From Candidatus Brevefilum sp. (GTDB lineage Bacteria > Chloroflexota > Anaerolineae > Anaerolineales > Anaerolineaceae), in the NCBI GenBank assembly GCA_029210815.1, contig JARGGB010000002.1, positions 8,450 to 72,449 on the forward strand: 64,000 bases of DNA, given 5' to 3'. Within the stretch, counting starts at the first letter, position 1. The number at the start of each line of letters is the position of its first letter. A program made the position numbers and the translations under genes. This document shows, piece by piece, positions 45,836 to 56,366 of this stretch. A model generated the notes under the pieces. It did no database searches and was not told the origin of the DNA. It saw only the letters and a program-made list of their open reading frames with translations.

Positions 45836-45978
45836 TTAAACTAAAGTGTCAAGCAAATAAGTCCTATTAAGTTTCTTGATACTTTATGTATAAAGTCGGC
45901 CTGAAGGCTTCGCTCCGAATATTAAGAATGAGAAAGCACTTGAAATGCATTGAGTTTTTAGTTTGATAATTTCAATTT

Positions 45979-46983
45979 CTACTCTTCGTTTGTGATGATG
46001 ATCAGCGTGTTGCTGCTGAAGGCATAATAATTTTCCGGAATTTTGTCGTTGTACATCAGGTGATCTCTCAGTGCGTAAGCAAAGGGGCTCTGGTCCACCA
46101 GGCGATCAAAATCATCCAGTTCAAAGAAGGGCTGGTACCGTGCAGCAAGGTAAGCTGCTCTGCCCATATCCAATTTAATTTGCGGCCAATCATCTTTGGG
46201 GAACAGGATCGGGTGGTCCGCCAGAAGGATTAAGTCATCAGGAAGATCCGGTAATAATGCCTGCAAATCTTTCAAGAACAGCATTGGGTAATCCGATTCT
46301 CGTAATTCATATTCCCGGTTTGCATCACGATGTGTAATGTAGGGGTCAAAGGGCTGTGAAGATTCTCGCACCTGCATTTGTATGTAGGCTGTGCCGCCTG
46401 CGGGGATATCCTCAATCGGGATGTTTTCCCCGGGGGTACCCCCCAGGACCAGCTGCATTGGATAAGGCACCCCATTGAATTCATGGGTGACATTTAGATA
46501 ATAAACGGTAATGGTTTGGTCCAAAAAGTCAAAATTGCGCAGGTGGATCGCCCTGTCAAGGAGTTGAAATCCCATAAAAGCCCACAGGTCATTGATCTCG
46601 TTCAGGCGGTTGAAGCCAATGCGAGTGATATGGGCGTAGGACCAATCAACAGTTTTTCCATTCACGTCTTTATAAGGGAATAAGACCGACGGACGTGCCT
46701 CTACCGAAGTGGGCGTTGGGGTGAAGGTCAGGCTTGGGTAAGGGGTGAGGGTTATGGTTGGTGTATTGGATGGGCGCGGGGTGATTGTGTTTGCCGGCGT
46801 TTTTGTGTGGGTCGGTGTGGGTGTTGGGGTGATGGTTGGCGTGCGTGTCTCGGTTGGGCTGGGGGACAGCGTTAATGTGCTCGTTGGTGTTGGTGAGGCA
46901 TTTGCACCGCATCCCAGTAAAATTAACAACGTTAACAGGCTTGTGATCAATAAGATGGCTTTTTTTGCAGTCTGAGCAGGCAT
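45979..46983 (-). CDS. Hypothetical lipoprotein with Pro/Thr-rich linker
   Basis: Lipobox LLGC, about 50-aa PT repeats, unrecognised globular domain. Confidence 0.75.
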   Translation of the reverse strand: MPAQTAKKAILLITSLLTLLILLGCGANASPTPTSTLTLSPSPTETRTPTITPTPTPTHTKTPANTITPRPSNTPTITLTPYPSLTFTPTPTSVEARPSVLFPYKDVNGKTVDWSYAHITRIGFNRLNEINDLWAFMGFQLLDRAIHLRNFDFLDQTITVYYLNVTHEFNGVPYPMQLVLGGTPGENIPIEDIPAGGTAYIQMQVRESSQPFDPYITHRDANREYELRESDYPMLFLKDLQALLPDLPDDLILLADHPILFPKDDWPQIKLDMGRAAYLAARYQPFFELDDFDRLVDQSPFAYALRDHLMYNDKIPENYYAFSSNTLIIITNEE

Positions 46984-47005
46984 CGTTTTTTTGGTTGATC
47001 TGCCT

Positions 47006-47854
47006 TTAGATTGGACGGGTTATTGCTGCGGCACCATAACCAACCACTGATGAGCGATCACCGGTTGTAGTTGCCGAAGTGTCATAGCTTAGCAGCGTGA
47101 CTTTATCTGCCCCAAGCGCCCGGGAAGCCCATAAGACCGTTGCAATCGGCGCCAGACCGCAAGCCTGCCCGAGGCCTTTGTCTTTGAGGTCAAATAAAGC
47201 ATCGGGGGAGAAATCCGTCACTGCCATTAGCACCAGATGGTCAAGTTTGTTGGCAGTGGTTTCGGCATGGAAATGAGAGAGATCACTGCTGGCGACCATC
47301 AAGCAGGATTTGTCTTTTATTGTTTCTGCGATCAGTTCCCCGAGGATTTTTGAAAAAGAACGCGATTGGTCTCGCAGCATCAGGGGGATCAGGTCAAACT
47401 CGCTATCGATTGCCCTTTGCAAGAAGGGCAGTTCGATCTCAAGCGCGTGCTCCTGGTCGTAGCGAATTTGGGCTAACCCAACGCCGGTCTTTTCTTTAAT
47501 ATTTGCATGGATGCGGTCGAGAACATCCCTGGCAATTGGGATGTTGCCCAGGGGTGTTTGGTAAGCGGTATGGGCGCTGGTCAATATCGGTTGGGAGTGG
47601 TATTGGTGCAAAGGAGAAATCACCAAAACAGTATCGTATGCCCGTCCCTTAATGGCATTAAATGCATGCCCGGCGACTTGCCCTGAATAGCGGTAGCCGG
47701 CGTGCGGTGCAATCACAGCCACAACTTCACCGGGCAGGTCAGGGTTCGATGCGTTTTCAATGTACCTGTCCACAGTTTTCCTTAATTGACCCGGATCATT
47801 GCTGTACCAGGTACCTGCAATTGGGGAGGGTCGAATATCGGTCTGTTTATCCAT
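47006..47854 (-). CDS. amrB: AmmeMemoRadiSam system protein B (MEMO1 family)
   Basis: RPSPIAGTWY, PHAGYRYSG, EHALE.ELPFLQ, SSDLSH, CG..P, VVGY. Confidence 0.92.
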   Translation of the reverse strand: MDKQTDIRPSPIAGTWYSNDPGQLRKTVDRYIENASNPDLPGEVVAVIAPHAGYRYSGQVAGHAFNAIKGRAYDTVLVISPLHQYHSQPILTSAHTAYQTPLGNIPIARDVLDRIHANIKEKTGVGLAQIRYDQEHALEIELPFLQRAIDSEFDLIPLMLRDQSRSFSKILGELIAETIKDKSCLMVASSDLSHFHAETTANKLDHLVLMAVTDFSPDALFDLKDKGLGQACGLAPIATVLWASRALGADKVTLLSYDTSATTTGDRSSVVGYGAAAITRPI

Positions 47855-48048
47855 GGTGTTAAAATTTTAGCATATCCCTGATTTGATTACCATATTGACC
47901 TTGTGAGAGATGATATTGCTGGGAAGGCAGGATTTGTGTTGATAAATATACAGACATCATTTATTATTGGATTGCGAATGTTCTCATATCTAATATTTCA
48001 ACAATTTTAATATGAAAAAATCAGGTTTTCTGGTTGATGGAGGGTGTG

Positions 48049-50487
48049 ATGCAATTTGGATATTTTGATGATTCTAATCGTGAGTACGTGATCAGCCAGC
48101 CTGATACGCCGCTGCCGTGGATCAATTACCTGGGTGCTGAGGATTATTTTGGTTTGATCTCAAATACAGGGGGCGGTTACTCCTTTTACCAGGATGCTCG
48201 ATTACGCCGGCTTACTAGGTATCGCTATAACAACGTCCCGACGGATATGGGAGGACGCTATCTTTATTTACGCGATAATGCAGAAGGTCAGTTCTGGTCA
48301 CCAACCTGGATGCCCACGCAAAACCAATTAGAAGATTATTCCTGCCGGCATGGTATGGGATATACCAAAATCGGGTCGACCTACAATGGCATCCGGGCTG
48401 ACCTGCGGTATTTTGTTCCTCCTGGTGAGACCCTGGAAATCTGGGATGTGACGATTAAGAATCTGACCGATGAGGTCAGGCAGCTTTCGGCGTTTTCAAG
48501 TGTTGAATTCTGCCTGTGGGATGCCAATGACGATGCCACGAACTTCCAGCGCAATTTGAACATCGGTGAACTTGAGGTACAGGGTTCGGTCATTTATCAT
48601 AAAACCGAATACCGGGAGAGGCGGAATCATTTTGCGTATTTTGCTTGTTCAGAGCCTTTGGCTGGTTTTGAAACACAGCGGGAAGCCTTTTTGGGACCCT
48701 ATCGGGGATACCAGAATCCACAGGCGGTTGAAAGGGACATGTCCAATAACTCACTCACGGTGGGCTGGGCGCCAGTTGGTGTTCATCACTTACGCTTTTC
48801 CCTGGCACCTGGCGAAACCAGGCGAGTGATTTTCCTTTTAGGCTATTTTGAAAACCCGATTGACCAAAAATTCTCACCCCCCGGATCGCGAAACATCAAT
48901 AAAGCAGGGGTTGAACCGATCATTGAGAAGTATCTAAATCCACAAGCAGTTGACCAGGCTTTTGAGGATTTGAAGCAATACTGGCAGGCAAACTTAAATG
49001 TGCTGCAGGTAGCGACGCCTGATCAACGTGTCAATCGGATGGTCAATATCTGGAATGCCTATCAATGTATGGTGACCTTTAACCTGTCTCGATCTGCATC
49101 GTATTTTGAATCCGGCATTGGGCGCGGCATGGGATTCAGGGATTCCAACCAGGATTTGCTTGGATTTGTGCTGATGGTGCCTGAAAGGGCACGACAGCGA
49201 ATTTTGGACCTGGCGGGGACACAGCTAGAAAGCGGCGGTGCTTATCATCAATATCAACCCCTCACCAAGCGCGGCAATGACGCGGTCGGGGGGAACTTCA
49301 ATGATGATCCAGCCTGGTTGGTTTTGGGAACGGCAGCCTACCTGAAAGAAACTGCGGATTGTGGTATTTTAGATGAGGCGGTGCCTTTTGACAACAAACC
49401 CGGGTCGGAAGCCAGTTTGTTTGAGCATCTTGAGCGTAGCATTCAATACACCCTGGATAATATCGGTCCGCACGGTTTGCCCTTGATCGGTCGAGCTGAT
49501 TGGAATGATTGTTTGAATTTGAACACTTTCTCCGAGAAGCCGGGAGAATCCTTCCAGACCACGACCTCTCGTGATGGAAAGGTGGCAGAATCGGTTGTGG
49601 TTGCAGCCCTGTTTATCATAGCTGCCAATGAAATGCGGGCGATCAGCGACCATTTTGGATTTGGGGATAAAGCTGCTTTCTATAAAAACGCTGCCGAAAA
49701 AATGGCTGGGGTGACTCGAAAATTTGGTTGGGATGGGGATTGGTTCCTGCGAGCCTACGACCATTTTGGTGATGTGATTGGCTCTAAGCAATGTGAAGAT
49801 GGCAAAATCTTTATTGAACCCCAGGGGCTGTGTGCCATGGCAGGGATCGGGCTTGAGGAAGGTATGGTGAAAAAGGCGCTTGAAGCCGTACAAACCCATC
49901 TGGCAACCGTGCACGGCATCGTTCTTTTAGATCCGCCCTATCACGAGTATCATCTTCAATTGGGTGAGATTTCTTCCTATCCCCCAGGCTATAAGGAAAA
50001 TGGCAGTGTGTTTTGTCACACCAACCCCTGGATCATGATTGCAGAATCAATCATGGGGAATGGTGATCGCGCGATGGATTATTACCTGCGGATCAATCCT
50101 TCCAATCGTGAGGCAATCAGCGAAGTCCATCGCTCCGAGCCCTATGTGTATGCCCAAACCATTGCAGGTAAAGCCGCTGATCGTTTTGGCGAAGCGAAAA
50201 ACTCATGGCTGACAGGGACGGCAGCCTGGAATTATGTTGCTATCACCCAATGGATTTTGGGTATTCGACCGGATTATGATGGTTTGAGGATTGAACCGGT
50301 TGTACCTAAAGATTGGAATGGGTTCAAAGTCAGGCGGCAATTCCGCGGTACCCTTTATGACATCGATGTCGTTCGTGAGGGAACCGGAAATAAACTCAGC
50401 TTGTTCGTCAACGGGAAAAAGATTGAAGGAACCCTTGTGGAGGCATTGGAAGCGACCCAGGTTTCGGTTAAAGCTGTGATTGTTTAA
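48049..50487 (+). CDS. GH94 cellobiose phosphorylase-like
   Basis: GYFDD..REYVI..P.TPLPWINYLG, RRLTRYRYNNVP, RDSNQD, RADWND, PGYKEN, NSWLTGTA. Confidence 0.92.
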   Translation: MQFGYFDDSNREYVISQPDTPLPWINYLGAEDYFGLISNTGGGYSFYQDARLRRLTRYRYNNVPTDMGGRYLYLRDNAEGQFWSPTWMPTQNQLEDYSCRHGMGYTKIGSTYNGIRADLRYFVPPGETLEIWDVTIKNLTDEVRQLSAFSSVEFCLWDANDDATNFQRNLNIGELEVQGSVIYHKTEYRERRNHFAYFACSEPLAGFETQREAFLGPYRGYQNPQAVERDMSNNSLTVGWAPVGVHHLRFSLAPGETRRVIFLLGYFENPIDQKFSPPGSRNINKAGVEPIIEKYLNPQAVDQAFEDLKQYWQANLNVLQVATPDQRVNRMVNIWNAYQCMVTFNLSRSASYFESGIGRGMGFRDSNQDLLGFVLMVPERARQRILDLAGTQLESGGAYHQYQPLTKRGNDAVGGNFNDDPAWLVLGTAAYLKETADCGILDEAVPFDNKPGSEASLFEHLERSIQYTLDNIGPHGLPLIGRADWNDCLNLNTFSEKPGESFQTTTSRDGKVAESVVVAALFIIAANEMRAISDHFGFGDKAAFYKNAAEKMAGVTRKFGWDGDWFLRAYDHFGDVIGSKQCEDGKIFIEPQGLCAMAGIGLEEGMVKKALEAVQTHLATVHGIVLLDPPYHEYHLQLGEISSYPPGYKENGSVFCHTNPWIMIAESIMGNGDRAMDYYLRINPSNREAISEVHRSEPYVYAQTIAGKAADRFGEAKNSWLTGTAAWNYVAITQWILGIRPDYDGLRIEPVVPKDWNGFKVRRQFRGTLYDIDVVREGTGNKLSLFVNGKKIEGTLVEALEATQVSVKAVIV

Positions 50488-50577
50488 CGAATAAGAAAAT
50501 CTGCCTTGATGGCTTTGACAGCTATTATGATTAAACCGGGTGATTGCCTGTATAAAATGCCCGGTTTTTAATTTAAT

Positions 50578-51264
50578 CTAAAAGCTGCCTCTTTTACCTT
50601 CCATTTCAAACCCCGGGATACGTGCTTTACGTTCCAACCATTTTAACAGGGCATTTACTGCGAAAACCATAACCAGGTAGACAACAGCGACTGCCAGGTA
50701 ACTGCCAATTGGATTGTAGGTGGTGGTGGCGGCACGTTTCGCCTTTGCCATCAGATCCTGCACGGCGATCAGGAATACGACAGCAGTGGATTTTAATAGT
50801 AAGATCGGTTCGTTAGACCAGGATGGGATTGCCAGCCGCAGTGCCTGGGGCAGAATGATGTGCAGGATGGTTTGCCAGCGCGAGAGTCCAATTGCCCTGC
50901 CGGCGGTCATCTGTGTGTTTCCAATGGCAAGGATAGCCCCGCGCAGGTATTCAGCCTGGTAAGCGGCACTGTTTAATCCCAATGCCAGGTAGGCAGACAG
51001 GGTTTGTGAAAGGGTAATCCCCAGGGATGGGAGACCGTAGTAAATAAGAAAAAGCTGAACAAGCAGGGGCGTGCCGCGGAACAACTCGATGTAAGCCGTG
51101 GCAAACCAGCACAGAGGTTTGGCGCCGTATACCTTGGCGAGAGCCAATCCCAGCCCTAATAAGAAGCCCATGACTAAACCGATGGCTGTTAGCTCTAAGG
51201 TAACCCCAGCACCAACCAGGAAATCATCAAAAAACCGGATTAAAAGATTGAGCCAATCGCTCAT
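50578..51264 (-). CDS. Polar amino-acid ABC permease
   Basis: FRGTPLLVQ, AYQAEYLRG, ILPQALR. Confidence 0.92.
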   Translation of the reverse strand: MSDWLNLLIRFFDDFLVGAGVTLELTAIGLVMGFLLGLGLALAKVYGAKPLCWFATAYIELFRGTPLLVQLFLIYYGLPSLGITLSQTLSAYLALGLNSAAYQAEYLRGAILAIGNTQMTAGRAIGLSRWQTILHIILPQALRLAIPSWSNEPILLLKSTAVVFLIAVQDLMAKAKRAATTTYNPIGSYLAVAVVYLVMVFAVNALLKWLERKARIPGFEMEGKRGSF

Positions 51265-51273
51265 TTATTGTTC

Positions 51274-52029
51274 CTATTCCTTCTTCCCATAAAGCTCGGT
51301 GATTTTCCAAAGAAATTCCCGGGTACGCTGGAACTTCGGGCGGTTAAAGAGGTCTTCAGGTGAGCCTTCTTCAACAATACTGCCCTTTTCCATGAACACA
51401 ATTCGATCTGCGACTTCACGAGCAAAGCCCATCTCGTGGGTAACCACAAGCATGGTCATGCCTGCTAAGGAAAGCTTGCGCATCACCTCAAGCACCTCGC
51501 CGATTAATTCCGGGTCCAATGCAGAGGTAGGTTCGTCAAAGAGCATGATCCGGGGGTCCATTGCCAGGGCTCTTGCGATGGCAACGCGCTGCTGCTGACC
51601 GCCGGAAAGTTGACCGGGGAAGTGGTGTGCCCTGTCAACCAGCCCGACCCTTTCCAATTCTTGAAAGGTTTTTGCTTCAGCAGCAGTTTTATCCATTTTC
51701 TTTACTTTTACCAGACCAAGCTTGACATTTTCCAGGGCAGTCAGGTGGTTGAAAAGAAGAAAATTTTGAAAAACCATCCCAATGTGCTGCCTGACATTAT
51801 CTTCATTGACTTCCTTTGAGGTTATCTCCTCATCGTCCAGCCAGATTTGCCCACCGTTTGGTTTTGTAAGCAGGTTGATGCATCGCAGTAAGGTGCTTTT
51901 GCCAGTTCCGCTGGGACCAATAATAACAACGGTGTCACCTTCGTTGATGGAAAGGTCGATATTCTGAAAAACGATATTATTCCCGTAAGTTTTTGTGAGG
52001 TTTTTTATCGTTAGGATCTTGTTTGCCAT
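51274..52029 (-). CDS. Polar amino-acid ABC ATP-binding protein (GlnQ-like)
   Basis: [37 protein letters not shown]. Confidence 0.95.
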   Translation of the reverse strand: MANKILTIKNLTKTYGNNIVFQNIDLSINEGDTVVIIGPSGTGKSTLLRCINLLTKPNGGQIWLDDEEITSKEVNEDNVRQHIGMVFQNFLLFNHLTALENVKLGLVKVKKMDKTAAEAKTFQELERVGLVDRAHHFPGQLSGGQQQRVAIARALAMDPRIMLFDEPTSALDPELIGEVLEVMRKLSLAGMTMLVVTHEMGFAREVADRIVFMEKGSIVEEGSPEDLFNRPKFQRTREFLWKITELYGKKE

Positions 52030-52044
52030 TAATTACTCCACGAT

Positions 52045-52689
52045 TTATGGATTAGCTGGGATGCGCAGGCGGTTTTCAAGGCGCCTGAGCAGGGTATTGG
52101 TAAATAGGACCAGCCCGAAATAGATAAGTGCAGCTGTGGTATATGCCAGGAAGGGCTGCTGCGTACTGGCGCTGATCAATTGGGCTCGACGCAGTATTTC
52201 AGGCACACCCAGGGCATACACCAATGATGAATCTTTGATTACTATTGCAGCTTCATTCGACCATGGTGGAATTGCCAGGCGTAAAGTTTGAGGAAGAACA
52301 ATATAGCGGATCGCCTGCAGTCGGCTCATGCCAATTGCAAGGGCAGCGATCATTTGTCCGCCGCTGACAGATAGAATTGCCCCACGGATGATCTCCATCT
52401 GGTAAGCGCTGCTAATAACCCCAAGGGAGATCGACCCAGCCCAAAAAGGTGACAGGTTGATCGTCCCCGACATGATGAAGTACAGGATGAACAGGAGGAC
52501 AATGGGAGGAATGCCGCGCATGACCGTGCTGTAAACACTCAATATCCTGGCAGCGATTTTCCCACCGTAAACGTAGATAATTGCTAAAATAAGTCCGAGA
52601 ATGAGACCGGATGGGAGCGCAACGAATGTGACCCCCAAAGTATAGGCTGTGCCCGATGCGATGTATTGGATAAACCTGATAATATCCAA
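52045..52689 (-). CDS. Polar amino-acid ABC permease
   Basis: RGIPP, SAYQMEIIRG, LPQ.LR, IKDSSL. Confidence 0.92.
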   Translation of the reverse strand: MDIIRFIQYIASGTAYTLGVTFVALPSGLILGLILAIIYVYGGKIAARILSVYSTVMRGIPPIVLLFILYFIMSGTINLSPFWAGSISLGVISSAYQMEIIRGAILSVSGGQMIAALAIGMSRLQAIRYIVLPQTLRLAIPPWSNEAAIVIKDSSLVYALGVPEILRRAQLISASTQQPFLAYTTAALIYFGLVLFTNTLLRRLENRLRIPANP

Positions 52690-52797
52690 GCCTGATCCCT
52701 TCCAATTTGTGAGAGGGCGTTATTCAATCGATAATGTGGATTCGATGATGAGCGATCCGAATTTTCCCGGATCGCTCATCATTATTAAGCGCTTGTT

Positions 52798-53592
52798 TTA
52801 ATCGCTGAAGTATTTGACAGCGAGGTCATCAATGAAGCCTTCGCTTTGAAGCTCAGCGATGATGCTGTTGACTCTCTCCTGGAGCTCAGAATCGCCTTCT
52901 GGCAGAACGATGTTGATTGGTCCGGTATAGAGCATGTCCTCAAAGACAATTTTGAAACCACCAAATTGTCCCATCAGTGCCTGGGCTGGGACTGAGTCTG
53001 CCACGATTACTTCGATACGGCCTGCCTGCAAGTCCATCGCAGCCTGGTCTACACGTTCATAACGTGAAAGATTGGCTTCTTCCATTAAGCCAGCATCAAT
53101 CAGCTCGGTTGTAACCCATTCGTCCTGCACAGTACCGGATTGCACGCCAATTTTGAAGTTTGCAACGTCCTCAGCATTGGTGATCGTCCCGGCGAAATCC
53201 TCGGCAACGAGGAAAGCATCTTCGGATGTATAGTAGGCATCTGAGAAGTCGACTTTTTCATCGCGCTCTTCACTGTAGTTAAAACAGGAAATGGACATAT
53301 CAATTTTGTCCTCCTGAACTGCAGCGATTAAGCTGTCAAAAGGCATATCCGTCCATTCCAGTTCGACATCCATACGTTTGGCAATCTCTGTCATCAGCTC
53401 AATATCAAAGCCGGCGAAATTGCCCGATTCATCCACGTATTCATAAGGGGGGTAGTCTGCAGAAGTGCCTACAACCACAGTGCCAGCCTCTTGTATTTTA
53501 TCAAGGACTGAATCTGCTTCCGGGCTGGCACATGCAACCAACGCGCTTGCCAGCAAGAACATCACCATCAATACAACACTTACCTTCTTCAT
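52798..53592 (-). CDS. Polar amino-acid ABC substrate-binding lipoprotein
   Basis: Lipobox LVAC; GTSADYPPYE, GFDIEL, FDSLI, VQSGT. Confidence 0.93.
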   Translation of the reverse strand: MKKVSVVLMVMFLLASALVACASPEADSVLDKIQEAGTVVVGTSADYPPYEYVDESGNFAGFDIELMTEIAKRMDVELEWTDMPFDSLIAAVQEDKIDMSISCFNYSEERDEKVDFSDAYYTSEDAFLVAEDFAGTITNAEDVANFKIGVQSGTVQDEWVTTELIDAGLMEEANLSRYERVDQAAMDLQAGRIEVIVADSVPAQALMGQFGGFKIVFEDMLYTGPINIVLPEGDSELQERVNSIIAELQSEGFIDDLAVKYFSD

Positions 53593-53929
53593 AAAAAATC
53601 TCCTTTTCAATATTTTAAATAGAATTTTTTCCTACGTTCATTATATATTAAAACATTAAAATTAATGATTGTCTTCAGAAAGATTGTTTTGTGTGAAGTT
53701 CACGAGGGATGGTTAATGGCGGTGATGAAGCAAGTCTTTTTCTGAACAAATTTTTTCAGGCAGGATTTATAATTAGATACGGCAAGGGACCAAAAAGATA
53801 GTGTGTTCTCGTTGTCTGATGTGTCCATACTGGTAGGCAGTAAAGACATAAGAAAAAACCTAATCTAAAATGCGGTTATCCTGCCGTATTGAAATACCAT
53901 TTTGAAGAATATCTGAGAAAGAGGATTCT

Positions 53930-56353
53930 ATGACATCCTACGGCTATTTTGACGATGCGCATCGTGAATATGTGATCACAAATCCAAAGACCCCTGTCAA
54001 ATGGATCAATTATATTGGCACATTGGCATTTGGCGGTTTTGTCGATCAGACCGGCGGCATGTTGATTTGTAAGCAGGACCCGGCGTTGAATCGGATTACG
54101 AAGTATCTCACGCAGGGCACCCCGTCTGAATTCAGGGGGACGACGCTTTATGTGCGAACATCCGGGGATCATGGCGGGTATGATATTTTCTCGCCCTTTC
54201 CTGTGCCAACAGGGACATCCCCTGGCAGGTATGAATGCCGTGTAGGTCTGGGGTACTCAGATTTTGTTTCAGAAGCGAAAAATTTACGCATGCATGTGCG
54301 TGTATTTGTCCCCATTAATCAAAGTTTGGTGATCTGGGAAATCACAATTACCAACAACGGCAAAGCGGAACAATCGGTAGACTTGATTCCTGTTGTTGAA
54401 TATACACATCCCGATGCCCTTAAGCAGCTGACCAACGCCGATTGGGTACCCCAGACCATGCAATCCTATTTGCACCAGGGCGATGACGGCTTGGTAGTGC
54501 TCAGCCAGTGTCCCTTTATGAATAAAGAACACCAGCGGAATTATTTGACAGCCAATCAGCCAGTTTCTTCCTTTGAAACGGATCGCAGCCGCTTTTTGGG
54601 TGAAAATGGCTACGGAAGCTGGGCTTCCCCGGGGAGTTTACAGCAAGATGAGCTCAGCAATACCCTTGCATTGCGTGGGGATAATATTGCCGCTTTGATG
54701 CTCCACCTTAGTCCGATTCCGGCTGGTGAGAGCCAGAAGGCAATTGTCCTGTTAGGTCAGACGTCCGATATTGAAAAAGCCATGCCATCTATCCAGCATT
54801 TTAGAGATCCAGTCCATGTAGAAGAAGCGTTTGAGTCCCTGAATACATTTTGGGAGTCCGCCCTGGACATTACTCAGGTGCAAACGCCGGATGCAAATCT
54901 CGACCGTATGCTGAACATCCATAACCCTCGCCAGTGCATCATAACCATGAACTGGTCTCGCTACCTGTCCCTGTACCAGCTTGGGTTTGGCGCTCGGGGG
55001 ATGGGTTTTCGTGACAGTTCGCAGGATGTGATGGGGGCGGTATCCCTGTTGACTGAACCTGCTAAATCATTGCTGGTCAAACTGCTTCACGTCCAAAAGA
55101 TGGATGGGTCCGCCATGCACCAGTTCAATCCGCTCAGCATGGTTGCAAATATGGGCGACTCGGCAGCGGAGGAAGACCGACCGAAATTTTACAGTGACGA
55201 TCATTTATGGGGTGTGCTGGCTGTTGCAGAATATCTTAAAGAAACCGGTGATTTCACCTTCCTGCAACAGGAAATACCATTTTATGAAAAAGATCGTCAT
55301 GAGAATCCCCTTGAGGGTGGGACGGTCTGGGAGCATTTGACCAGGGCGATCCAATTCACACATGATCACACAGGCCTACATGGATTGCCGCTGCTCGGTT
55401 TTGCCGATTGGAATGACACCGTGAATTTAACGGCGGGGGCGGAATCTTTGTTCACAGCGCACCTTTATGGATGGGCGCTGCGAGAGATGCTTGCTTTGGG
55501 AGAGATGCTTGGGGAAGATGACCATGTTGAGACATTCAAAGCATATTATCAAGAGATGTCTGATGTGGTTAATACTGCAGCCTGGGATGGGGACTGGTAT
55601 GTGCGTTATTTTGACCATCATGGTCAGCCGTTGGGATCGCGGTCTAATGAACAAGGTCAGATCTACACCAATGCGCAATCCTGGGCTGTCCTTTCAGGCT
55701 TTGCACCCCCAGAACGTGCTCTTGCTGCGCTGGATGCTGTTTATGAGCGCCTTAACACCAGCAGGGGGATTAAGCTCAGCAACCCCGGTTATAACGGTTT
55801 TGACCCTGAGAAAGGCGGCGTCACCACCTATCCCCCCGGGGCAAAGGAGAACGGCGGCATTTTCTTGCATGCTAACCCCTGGGTGATGATTGCCGAGACG
55901 AAATTGGGTCGCGGTGACCGGGCGTACCAGTATTATCGCCAGATCAACCCGGCAGGAATGAATGACCGGATTGATGAATTTGAATGTGAGCCCTATGTTT
56001 ACCCGCAAAATATTCTGGGTGATGAACATCCGCAGTTCGGATTGGCGCGTAATTCCTGGCTGACGGGTACAGCGTCGTGGACATACCAGGCAGGGCTGAA
56101 ATATATCCTGGGGATTCGCCCTGAATATGATGGTCTGCGGGTTGATCCTTGCATTCCATCGAGCTGGGATGGGTTTGCAGTCTCACGGAAATTTAGGGGG
56201 GCAACCTATCACATTCGGGTCAGCAATCCTGATGGGGTATGCAAGGGGGTGCGGTCAGTCCTTGTGGATGGTCAGCCCTTCACAGGGACTTTGTTGCCCG
56301 TTTTTGAGGATGGCGATGTCCATATGGTCGAGGTTACCCTGGGCAAGGAATAA
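53930..56353 (+). CDS. Second GH94 glycoside phosphorylase (substrate uncertain)
   Basis: GYFDD..REYVI, RDSSQD, ADWND, PGAKENG, NSWLTGTA; clearly divergent from the first copy. Confidence 0.9.
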   Translation: MTSYGYFDDAHREYVITNPKTPVKWINYIGTLAFGGFVDQTGGMLICKQDPALNRITKYLTQGTPSEFRGTTLYVRTSGDHGGYDIFSPFPVPTGTSPGRYECRVGLGYSDFVSEAKNLRMHVRVFVPINQSLVIWEITITNNGKAEQSVDLIPVVEYTHPDALKQLTNADWVPQTMQSYLHQGDDGLVVLSQCPFMNKEHQRNYLTANQPVSSFETDRSRFLGENGYGSWASPGSLQQDELSNTLALRGDNIAALMLHLSPIPAGESQKAIVLLGQTSDIEKAMPSIQHFRDPVHVEEAFESLNTFWESALDITQVQTPDANLDRMLNIHNPRQCIITMNWSRYLSLYQLGFGARGMGFRDSSQDVMGAVSLLTEPAKSLLVKLLHVQKMDGSAMHQFNPLSMVANMGDSAAEEDRPKFYSDDHLWGVLAVAEYLKETGDFTFLQQEIPFYEKDRHENPLEGGTVWEHLTRAIQFTHDHTGLHGLPLLGFADWNDTVNLTAGAESLFTAHLYGWALREMLALGEMLGEDDHVETFKAYYQEMSDVVNTAAWDGDWYVRYFDHHGQPLGSRSNEQGQIYTNAQSWAVLSGFAPPERALAALDAVYERLNTSRGIKLSNPGYNGFDPEKGGVTTYPPGAKENGGIFLHANPWVMIAETKLGRGDRAYQYYRQINPAGMNDRIDEFECEPYVYPQNILGDEHPQFGLARNSWLTGTASWTYQAGLKYILGIRPEYDGLRVDPCIPSSWDGFAVSRKFRGATYHIRVSNPDGVCKGVRSVLVDGQPFTGTLLPVFEDGDVHMVEVTLGKE

Positions 56354-56366
56354 ATTCGATCAGCTT

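Noticed and set aside
53693-53703. Palindrome GTGAAGTTCAC between the ABC operon and the second GH94
   Set aside because: Only 11 bp, and the spacing fits neither LacI nor Rex consensus; may be chance.
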